From contig CAVZDU010000005.1 of assembly GCA_963774265.1 (NCBI GenBank), positions 352,001 to 416,000 on the forward strand: 64,000 nucleotides of DNA, in the 5' to 3' direction. The notes beneath the pieces were generated by a model, which did no database searches, was not told the DNA's origin, and was given only the letters and a program-made list of their open reading frames with translations. Every line of letters begins with the position of its first letter. The first letter of the stretch is position 1. Origin of the DNA: an uncultured Chloroflexia bacterium. GTDB lineage: Bacteria; Chloroflexota; Anaerolineae; CG2-30-64-16. Positions 29,071-37,392 of the stretch are shown in pieces. A program made the translations under genes and the position numbers.

Positions 29071-31095
29071 ATGCGGACCCAACCTGCTCGTATCCTGTGG
29101 ATGGCACTTGTGCTGCTGGCCGTGGCAGCCTGCCAGGGAGCTGCGCCGCGAGAGCGAACAGAACCCGCGAGCACCGCGGCTGCGGCGGAGTCGACGCCCA
29201 CTGCCGTGGCGCGGGCCGCGCCCACCGCCCCTTCGCCCGCATTCCCGGGTGTGCAGGCCTCGCCTGTCGGAGTGGAGCGAATGGGAGCGCTGCGGATTTT
29301 TCCCGGGACGGTGAAGACGGTCTTTGTGCTCGAGAACCATGCGCCGCGCGGCTATGCGCCGGTCACCTACCACCTCTCCCTCTACGATCTACAGGACCGG
29401 GCCGTCGCAGAACTTGACGGCGAGATTGGCTTCATCTTCCCGAACAGCCGGTCAGCCCACGAAGCGCGGCTCTTCTATGACCGCAGCATCTCGGTGGCCC
29501 GGGTGGATTTGCGCATCCGGCCGAACCTTGACGACCGGGGCGACAACCAGGGTGCAGCGGGGAGCGGCTCCATACCGATCGCGGCCGGGAGCGCGCAGTA
29601 CTGGCCCAGCATAGACCACCGCCACGACAAGGTCACGGCCCTATTGAGCAATACCTCGGATCAGCCCATCGACTCGGCCGGCGCCACCGCGCTGCTGTAC
29701 GACGTCGCAGGGCAGATCGTCGGCAGCGGCAGCAACAGCCTCGGCGTCCTGCCCACGGGCGGCCAGATGCAGGCGGAGATCGATGTGGACATCATGGGCG
29801 ACGTGGACCGCGCGGAAGTCATTCCCTTCTTCTACCACCCGCCTGCCGGTCTGGGCGCTTCCGCGGCCCAGCCAGCGTCCCCGTCCGGCGCGCAGGAGAC
29901 GCCGCCGCCCAGTGCCCAGGCCCCCGAGATCCTGGCGAGCTGGTTCATGCAGAACAGCTCGAATGCGAGTGTATTCGACTACGCGCTCCTTCTGGCGAAT
30001 CCGAATCCATCCCTCGACCTGCACGACATCGAATACCAGGTGGTGGCCTACGACGACGCCGGTTTGGCCGTGGCATCCAGCACGGCCTGGCTCGACTGGC
30101 TGCCTGCCGGCGGCCGGCTGGGCATAATAAACACCCTCGTGGTCGACAACGACGAGATTCCGGCGAGAATCGAGGCAGCCATCGCCGCGCCCGGACGGCC
30201 GCAGGCTCCTGCCGGCGCACAAGTCGCGCCCCAAGCCGGGCCGGCGGTCCTCGCCAGCTATGGCGACTGGAATGCCGTCTCGGGCCGGGTCGGCAACGCC
30301 CTCGGCCAGCCGGTGGCCGGCGTGAGGGCTAATGCGTTGGTCTTCGACGACAGTGATCGACTCGTCGGCGCGGGAGAAGGCCACGATGATTATTTCATCC
30401 CGGCAGGCGGCCAGGCACCGGTGGCCGTGAAGATCGCCACGACGGGTGTGCCCGTCCGGGCCGAGCTCTACCCCTTCTACGCGCCGATGACGGGCGGTCC
30501 GCAGGCCGCTTCGGGCCTTCAGCCTCTCAACGTGGTCGCTGCCGGTTTTGCACAGCACCCGCAAAACCCCGGCAGGGTGACCGCGGCCATCGTGGTCGAA
30601 AACCCCAACCCTGGGCAGGCCATCTCCGGCGCCGCGTATCAGCTCGCGGCATACGACTCGGTCGGCGCACTCCTGTGCACGCTCGCCGGTGACAGAGATC
30701 CTCTTCCCGCCGTCTATCCCGGCGGCAGGACCGCCGTCGTGACCAGCTTCGAGGTGCCGGCGCAGGCCCAGGTCGCCAGGGTGGATGTAATGTGGGATCA
30801 GAGGGAGGCGAAACTGGCGCCGGGTCGGAATCCCCTGGCCGGCGACAAGGCGACTTATGTGGCCGAGACCTATCCGAAGGTCACCGGGCTGGTCCTGAAC
30901 AGCAGCGAAAAAGAGATCACACGGGTCAACGTCTATGCCGTCCTCTACGACAGGGACGGCCGCATCATCGGCGGGGGCGGAGAACAGGTCGATCGTGTGC
31001 CCGCCAACGGCCAGATCCCGGTGGAGATGATGGTCGATTCGACCGGAGTCCCGGACCGCGTGGAGATCTATGCCGGCCCGGCAGAACTCGATTGA
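29071..31095 (+). CDS. Lipoprotein with tandem FxLYD-type Ig-like domains
   Basis: Lipobox AVAAC; repeats LSLYD, ALLYDVAGQIVG, VVAYDDAG, LVFDDSDRLVG, LAAYDSVG, AVLYDRDGRIIG. Confidence 0.8.
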   Translation: MRTQPARILWMALVLLAVAACQGAAPRERTEPASTAAAAESTPTAVARAAPTAPSPAFPGVQASPVGVERMGALRIFPGTVKTVFVLENHAPRGYAPVTYHLSLYDLQDRAVAELDGEIGFIFPNSRSAHEARLFYDRSISVARVDLRIRPNLDDRGDNQGAAGSGSIPIAAGSAQYWPSIDHRHDKVTALLSNTSDQPIDSAGATALLYDVAGQIVGSGSNSLGVLPTGGQMQAEIDVDIMGDVDRAEVIPFFYHPPAGLGASAAQPASPSGAQETPPPSAQAPEILASWFMQNSSNASVFDYALLLANPNPSLDLHDIEYQVVAYDDAGLAVASSTAWLDWLPAGGRLGIINTLVVDNDEIPARIEAAIAAPGRPQAPAGAQVAPQAGPAVLASYGDWNAVSGRVGNALGQPVAGVRANALVFDDSDRLVGAGEGHDDYFIPAGGQAPVAVKIATTGVPVRAELYPFYAPMTGGPQAASGLQPLNVVAAGFAQHPQNPGRVTAAIVVENPNPGQAISGAAYQLAAYDSVGALLCTLAGDRDPLPAVYPGGRTAVVTSFEVPAQAQVARVDVMWDQREAKLAPGRNPLAGDKATYVAETYPKVTGLVLNSSEKEITRVNVYAVLYDRDGRIIGGGGEQVDRVPANGQIPVEMMVDSTGVPDRVEIYAGPAELD

Positions 31096-31116
31096 GACCG
31101 TGAGAGAGAGGCGAAC

Positions 31117-32658
31117 ATGACGGCGCAAACCAAGCTGTGCACGGTGATACTCCTCCTGGTCCTGGCGGCCCCGGCATTGGGCGGCTGCCGGTCGGCTCCT
31201 CCCGCAGCTACCAGCACGCCCACCGCCGAGACAGAGCGCGCCGTCTTACCTGCCGCGCCGGGCAGCGAGCCCGCGCCCCCGGTCGCGCAGCCTCCGGCCC
31301 TGACCGCGGCCCCCCCGGCATCGGAACAACCCCCTGCCCAGGAGGCCTATCCGGGCGTGGTGGCGTCAGGCAACGCACCGGTCCTGGGGGGCGCTGCCGA
31401 GCCGCTGGCAATCTCGCCGGTCGACGCCGAGGCCCAAGCCGTGCGCGTGGCGGAAGTGATCGAGGTGCTCAGCGTGTGGAAGGACAGCTGCGGGCAGCTG
31501 CTGGTGCTCGAAAATCCCAATCCCGATCTCGCCATCCAGAACATCCAATACCGGCTCACCGGCTACGACAGCGGCGGGGCCGTCCTGGAAACGGATGAAT
31601 CCAGGATCGACGTGCTCTATCCCGGCGAGCGCCGCAAGATTTACCTGGGCATCCGCAGCCAGGAAGGCGCGCCGGCCGCCCGGCTGGAGTTCACGATCGT
31701 CGGGCAAGGCGAACCCGGGCGGACGAGCCTGGCCGCCGACAGCCTGAGCATCGAGCGCGTGCAGTACTGGCCTGAGGCGGGCGCCGTGACCGGCATTGCC
31801 ACGAACCGCTCGGACTTCCTGATGAGGATGCCCGTGCTGACCGCTTTGCTCTACGATCAACAGGACCGGTTGATCGGCTTCGGCGAGATGCCGTCGCTCC
31901 ACTTCGTGCCGCCCCGGGGACAGGCGGGCGTATCCGTGCGCGTCCCCTACAATCTCGAAGCTGCCCGCGTGGAGCTGCTGGCCGTGCCGAAGGGCAGCTG
32001 GCTCACCGGTCCCGTCCGAGACGATCGCCCGACGCTCCGGGTGGGCGAGCTGGTGATCGGCCGCGATGCCACCGGCGACGACCTGGCCAATGCGGTCTTT
32101 CGCGTGGCCAATCCCAATGCCGACCGCGGGACCGGCAGCCTGCCGTACCAGGTCACCGTGTATGACGCCCAGGACTTCGTGTTGGGCACCCAGACGGGCA
32201 ACACCCCGATCGTGTTCCCGGGCGAGGAGGTGGCCGTGATCGTCTCCCGGTTCGCCATTCCTCCCGGGAGCTCGATCGCTCGCGGCGAGGTGCAGATCAG
32301 CCCGCTGACGCCGGAAACTGATCTGCTCGACTTCCGCGGCCTGGGGATCGAAGGAAATCCCTTCGGAGTCACCGGCGTTGCGTACGCGGTGCAGCGCTCG
32401 TCTCCGCACGTGACCTGCGTTCTCACGAACAGCTGGAAGAAGCCGATGACGCAGCCGGTGGTAGTCGTCGCAATCGCCTACGATGCCGGTGGGCGGATGG
32501 TCGGTTTTGGCGCTAATCCCGTGTATAACGTGCCGGCCAACGCGCAGGTCGACGTCGACATCTGGATGACGATGGCGGTTGATTACGATGGCGTTCCCGC
32601 GCGCATAGAGACCTGGGCCTACGTGAGTCATCTGTCTGACTTCAGCATTGGGCCATGA
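31117..32658 (+). CDS. Lipoprotein with four FxLYD-type domains (paralog of the upstream gene)
   Basis: Lipobox LGGC, Pro/Ala linker, ENPNP motif, LTGYD, ALLYD, VTVYD, AIAYD. Confidence 0.8.
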   Translation: MTAQTKLCTVILLLVLAAPALGGCRSAPPAATSTPTAETERAVLPAAPGSEPAPPVAQPPALTAAPPASEQPPAQEAYPGVVASGNAPVLGGAAEPLAISPVDAEAQAVRVAEVIEVLSVWKDSCGQLLVLENPNPDLAIQNIQYRLTGYDSGGAVLETDESRIDVLYPGERRKIYLGIRSQEGAPAARLEFTIVGQGEPGRTSLAADSLSIERVQYWPEAGAVTGIATNRSDFLMRMPVLTALLYDQQDRLIGFGEMPSLHFVPPRGQAGVSVRVPYNLEAARVELLAVPKGSWLTGPVRDDRPTLRVGELVIGRDATGDDLANAVFRVANPNADRGTGSLPYQVTVYDAQDFVLGTQTGNTPIVFPGEEVAVIVSRFAIPPGSSIARGEVQISPLTPETDLLDFRGLGIEGNPFGVTGVAYAVQRSSPHVTCVLTNSWKKPMTQPVVVVAIAYDAGGRMVGFGANPVYNVPANAQVDVDIWMTMAVDYDGVPARIETWAYVSHLSDFSIGP

Positions 32659-32748
32659 AGTGCTGCGTCAGGCTGCCCCGACGCGTGCCATCCTTGACGC
32701 GTCTCGTTGGGGCAGCTGCCGCTGTGCAATCATCAAACACTGCGAGGC

Positions 32749-32777
32749 CGTAACGCGACGCTCTCCTCGCGCTCTTT
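32749..32777 (+). promoter_or_regulatory. Putative ECF promoter, copy 3 (upstream of the HEAT/DUF4190 protein)
   Basis: CGTAAC-N17-CTCTTT, 66 bp upstream of ATG 32843. Confidence 0.65.
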
Positions 32778-32842
32778 AGATTACAGAAGGGCGTTGATCA
32801 GCCCTGCACCAACCGTGATGTTCACCAGCGAGGAGGTGCCCC

Positions 32843-35800
32843 ATGTCGCAGAAGATCGATGCTTTGAAGGCCGCAGGCGACGTCGCCGGCTTGAGCAGGC
32901 TCCTGGACAGCCGGAAGACCGAAGAAATGGGCGAGGCAGCCGAGGCGTTGGTGAGCCTGGGCGCCGCTGCCGTGCCGGCGCTGCTTTCCGCAGCAAAATC
33001 CCCAAAGTCCTCCGTCCGCATGGCGGCGGCGCTGGCGCTGGACTCGATCGCCCCACAAATGTATGCCGGCGCTCTCGACGAAGTAATCGCGGCCTTAGTA
33101 GGGCTGCTGGGGGATCGTGATGCGATCGTCGGCGTCGTGGCGAGCGACTCGCTTGCCAAGCTGGGGCCAGCAGCGCTGTCCCAGCTGACGGCTGTCCTGC
33201 AGGGATCCGGCAGCTCCGCGGAGCGAGCCGGGGCGGCGGAGGTGCTGGGCAAGATCGGAGACCCGGCTGCCGTCGCTGCCCTCCGGGCGGCTGCGGCTGA
33301 GGGGAGTCCGCTGGTGCGCCGTGCCTGCGAAGAAGCGCTGGTCAGGCTTGCAGAGCCAGGCCCGGCCGAGAATGCTGATGGCCTGGTCGCCGCACCTGCC
33401 GCACCCGGCGCCCCGACAGGCACGAACGACGACCTGGCCGCCGGACCGGAGGCCGAGGGTTCCCTGCCGTCCGCGTCAGCCGGTGGACCTGGACCCGTGC
33501 AAAACCTCTCGATTATCGTCGCCCACGGCAAAGTCGAGCGCGACGGCGAGCGGTGGGTCTTCCGAACCGGCGGCTTCTCCGAACGCACCATCTCCATGAC
33601 TCCACAAGCGTTGCGTTTTGCATACCTGTTCCTGCCCCAGCAGTTCAAGTGGCGGGCCATCCTGCCGTCGCAGACGCGCTACCGCTACCTGAACCTGGAC
33701 TCCTTGTCGGATGACGAGTATGCCGAGTTGGAGTCGGAGCTCGCTCGGCAATACCAAACCCTGGACGGGTTCTTCAAGTTCGTGCTGGCCGACCTCGAGG
33801 GCCGGGTGGTAATAGCCTCCTGGAAGGCCTTCCGCGAGGGCGGGATAGACCCGATCGAGGCGTTGGGCCGCACGCGCGCCGAGCGGCAGGGAAGCCGCGA
33901 TCGCTGGCTCAAGACGAACCCCAGCGTTGTGCCGCCGGGGAGCCGGGGTGCCCTGGCGAGCGCCATCAGCATGAATGCGGCCGGCGCTAGCTCCGGATCG
34001 CGTTTCATCCCTTGGGAATCGGTGGAGCATATCGAACTCGCTGAGGCTTATTCCTTACTCCTGTCGACTGTATGTTTTGTCAAATTTATCGCAAAGAAGG
34101 ATAGCCGGTTGAGAGGAATCAGGACAGCCATATCGCCCAAGCACGCGGAAGCCTGCTTCGCCGAGACGGACTTCTGGCGCTCCTTGGGCCGCACCCAGGT
34201 CTGGGCCACTGCGCCGGTGCAGGCAGCGACTGCCAACGTCCCGGCGCGAGGGGGATCACAGCCCGGCGCGCCCCCTGCCCCACCGGAGACGAGCCGCATG
34301 GCGATCGCCAGCCTCGCGACCGGGATCGCCACCTGGATCATCCTGCCCCTCGTTGGCGCCATCGCAGCTATCGTCACCGGCCACCTGGCGAAGAAGCAGA
34401 TCCGCCAGAATCCCAACCGGCTGACCGGTGCGGGCATAGCCACCGCCGGCATGACACTGGGATATGCGCAGCTCGGCATCGGGTTGCTGATCGCCATCGT
34501 GACGGGCATCGCAGCCATCGCCAGCCGGACGGCATCGCCGATGGCAACCCTGTCGCCCAGGGCAACTGCGGCGCCTGTGCGGCTGGCAGCCACGGCTGTT
34601 GCGGCCCCCACGAACGCAGGGGCCGCGGCCGCGGTCCGCTGCAGCGTGCAGGACGGCAAATGGACAGGGACGCTTGGCTTCAGCCTCTCCGGCTGCGTCA
34701 TCACCGATCCCATGCTCACCCTGATCACCAGCAAGGGCGATCAGGTTCAAGTCTACTTCTACTACCTGAACGACGAGATTCGGATCGAGAACGGCCGTCT
34801 CTCATATCGGAAGGCCCGCGATGGCGGGCAGGTAACGATCGAGGGCGCGTTCACCTCCCCGACAGAGGCCTCCGGAACCTGGGTCCTGACCAAGGGAACA
34901 AAGATCGCCGGGGGCACCGCGACTGTCACGCAGGACACCACCGGCAGCTGGACCGCTTCGCTCGGCCCGCCCCAGGCAGCCACGGCAGCGGAGGTGAGCC
35001 GTGCGTCGACCGCAGCGCCGCTCGTGGCGCCGACCAGGACACCGACCCGGACGCCCACCAGGATCCCGACCGCCACCGCCACGCCGCGGCCGTCGCCGAC
35101 CGCTAGCCCGACCACCGCTCCAACCTTGGAGGCGGCGGCCCCGGTCTCGCTGGGCGAGGCGTTGGACAAGAAGTTGGCCGACATCCAGATCCTGGGCATG
35201 GGCGGCGCATCGGGCGCGAGCATCCAGATCATTGCCAACGCGACCGGCAGCAGGTCTGTCTCGATCGAGATCGCGCCCGGCACGGTCCTGCGCAGCTCCG
35301 TCCCCGGCGAACAGGACATGGTGGTGCGGCGGCTCCTCGGCCTGCGCCAGGGCGAGCAGAGATATTCTCCCACTGAGGTCATCTTCCTCCCCGGCCTCGC
35401 CGCAGGCCCGCAGTCCTACGTCGTGGATGCCTACTGCCTCAACTTCCACAAGGGCAATCCCAGCGCGACCACGTCGATGGCCGTGGACGCCGGCAGCCTG
35501 GTGTCTCCGGCCGTTGCTGCAGTCCTGGCCGCCGCTGCCCGGGTGCCCGGAGCGGAGCAGGATATCGATGCCATCCAGGCCGCGGTCTGGACGGTAACCG
35601 ACCATCCGACCTGGCAGGAGATGGCCGATCGCGGGTATTCGCCGGAACGCCAGATGGTTGCCGCACTGCTGCAGTCCGCGCGCCTCGACCAGGAGTGTGC
35701 GCAGTTGTTCGGGCAAGCTTGCACGGTGCCGGACTGCTTGCAGAGCAACCCGACCGGGCTGGGCGGGACGCGTAGCGGACCCTGCGTCAGCAGGGTCTGG

Positions 35801-37336
35801 CAGCCCGACGCCGCGACGCCTGCGCCGGCGCCAATGCCCACGACGGCCGTCGTTGCTACGACCACGGTTCTCGATACGCAAGTCCTGAAGCTCTTCGCAC
35901 CCGGCCCGGACACCGCCGGCATCGCGGTCACCAGGGACGCCATCTGGGTGGCGGACGGCGAACAAAAGCGCATCCACCACCTGGACCGCAGCGGCGCGCC
36001 CGTGGGTTCGTTCCAGGTCAAAGCGCAGGGTGAATTCCGCGGCCTGGCCTGGGACGGCGAGGCGCTGCGGCTGCTGGTGCACGACTACCAGTTGGGCAGC
36101 CAGGTGATCCGCCTCGATGTGCAGGGCAAGGTCCTTTCCACCTTCACGGTGCCGGCCGACCTCCGCGATCTCACGTGGAACGCGGTCGACGAGTCCTTCT
36201 GGACCATCGTCTCAGGGTCAGATGGCTTCCTGCTGGAGCTCGGCGCCGGTGGCGAGCTGCGGCAGACGCTCAACGTGCCGGTGTTCGGCAGCATGGAGAG
36301 CCTGGCCTGGGCGCCGGACGGCCTCTGGATGCTAAGCGGGTTCGGGAAATGGCATCGATTCAGCTTCGATGGGGAATACCTCGCGTCAGCTGAGCTGCCG
36401 ATGGAGGTATTCGCCAAAGATCCGGCGTTGGCCTGGGATGGGGACGGTTTTCTCTGGGTCAGCGTGGCGGACACACGCGAGATCTATCAGTTCGCTTTAC
36501 GCCAGGCGGCAGTCGATGTAGAATTGCCATCGGAACTCCGCTCAAGCTCGGAGGCGGGTGTGGAGGGCCAATTGCCCCTGCCGCGGCCGTCTTTCCGGGC
36601 CTTGCCGGGCAGCACCAACGCCATCCTCCACGTGGCCAATGGTCTCTCTGCGCCGCTCATCGTGGCGCTGGACAGCACCAGCGGCGGCGACGTACACCAG
36701 TCGGCCGCCGCAGCACCGGGCGAGACCTGGTCGGCCGCGATCGCCAAAGGCGGCGCCTTCACCCTTTTCGTCGGCGCCAACGCAGCGGAGCCGGTCGCCT
36801 ACTACGGCAAAATCTTGCTTCTCGCCGGCTATGAGTACACCTGGGTCATCGGAGATGCCGTGACGATCACCCCACCGCCCGCGGCCACCGCCACGCCGTC
36901 CGTCCCGCTCGCCTCGGCCACGGCCGTCCCCCCGACCGCGGCGCCGACTGCCCGGGGTGCGGCTCCGCCGACCGCGGCTCCGACCCGCGCGGCCACCCAG
37001 CCTAAACCGGCGACTGCGCCGGCAGCTGCCTGCGCGGACTCGCGGGCCCGGATCACCTACCCGGCCAATGGCGCGGCCATTTCCGGAGTGACCAATTTCC
37101 TCGGCACAGCCAACCTGCCGGACCAGGCCTATTACAAGTTCGAGTACAAGCCTGCCAGCTCCCCGACCTGGCAGTACCTTACCCAGGTTGACGGCAAGAC
37201 GGTGATCAACGACAAGCTGATGGACTTCTTTACCACGACCATCGCGCCGGGCGTATACGACTTCCGACTGATTGCGGTGGACCGATCAGGCAACTATCCG
37301 TCGCCGTGCGAGATTCGGCTGACGGTGCAGCGGTGA
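32843..37336 (+). CDS. Large mosaic membrane protein: HEAT repeats, DUF4190-like TM hairpin, thioester-domain-like region, beta-propeller, C-terminal Ig-like domain
   Basis: HEAT AAEALVSLG..AVPAL / AAEVLGKIGDP; MAIASLA.GI..GAI.AIVTGH.AKKQI..G.G.A.AG; AYCLN and IQAAVW; GLAWDG repeats; Pro/Thr linkers; strong RBS GGAGG. Confidence 0.8.
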   Translation: MSQKIDALKAAGDVAGLSRLLDSRKTEEMGEAAEALVSLGAAAVPALLSAAKSPKSSVRMAAALALDSIAPQMYAGALDEVIAALVGLLGDRDAIVGVVASDSLAKLGPAALSQLTAVLQGSGSSAERAGAAEVLGKIGDPAAVAALRAAAAEGSPLVRRACEEALVRLAEPGPAENADGLVAAPAAPGAPTGTNDDLAAGPEAEGSLPSASAGGPGPVQNLSIIVAHGKVERDGERWVFRTGGFSERTISMTPQALRFAYLFLPQQFKWRAILPSQTRYRYLNLDSLSDDEYAELESELARQYQTLDGFFKFVLADLEGRVVIASWKAFREGGIDPIEALGRTRAERQGSRDRWLKTNPSVVPPGSRGALASAISMNAAGASSGSRFIPWESVEHIELAEAYSLLLSTVCFVKFIAKKDSRLRGIRTAISPKHAEACFAETDFWRSLGRTQVWATAPVQAATANVPARGGSQPGAPPAPPETSRMAIASLATGIATWIILPLVGAIAAIVTGHLAKKQIRQNPNRLTGAGIATAGMTLGYAQLGIGLLIAIVTGIAAIASRTASPMATLSPRATAAPVRLAATAVAAPTNAGAAAAVRCSVQDGKWTGTLGFSLSGCVITDPMLTLITSKGDQVQVYFYYLNDEIRIENGRLSYRKARDGGQVTIEGAFTSPTEASGTWVLTKGTKIAGGTATVTQDTTGSWTASLGPPQAATAAEVSRASTAAPLVAPTRTPTRTPTRIPTATATPRPSPTASPTTAPTLEAAAPVSLGEALDKKLADIQILGMGGASGASIQIIANATGSRSVSIEIAPGTVLRSSVPGEQDMVVRRLLGLRQGEQRYSPTEVIFLPGLAAGPQSYVVDAYCLNFHKGNPSATTSMAVDAGSLVSPAVAAVLAAAARVPGAEQDIDAIQAAVWTVTDHPTWQEMADRGYSPERQMVAALLQSARLDQECAQLFGQACTVPDCLQSNPTGLGGTRSGPCVSRVWQPDAATPAPAPMPTTAVVATTTVLDTQVLKLFAPGPDTAGIAVTRDAIWVADGEQKRIHHLDRSGAPVGSFQVKAQGEFRGLAWDGEALRLLVHDYQLGSQVIRLDVQGKVLSTFTVPADLRDLTWNAVDESFWTIVSGSDGFLLELGAGGELRQTLNVPVFGSMESLAWAPDGLWMLSGFGKWHRFSFDGEYLASAELPMEVFAKDPALAWDGDGFLWVSVADTREIYQFALRQAAVDVELPSELRSSSEAGVEGQLPLPRPSFRALPGSTNAILHVANGLSAPLIVALDSTSGGDVHQSAAAAPGETWSAAIAKGGAFTLFVGANAAEPVAYYGKILLLAGYEYTWVIGDAVTITPPPAATATPSVPLASATAVPPTAAPTARGAAPPTAAPTRAATQPKPATAPAAACADSRARITYPANGAAISGVTNFLGTANLPDQAYYKFEYKPASSPTWQYLTQVDGKTVINDKLMDFFTTTIAPGVYDFRLIAVDRSGNYPSPCEIRLTVQR

Positions 37337-37392
37337 GTTGGCTGGAGTGCAACCGTCCTTACAAGAGGGACAACGCAGAAAGGGGTGCTCTT

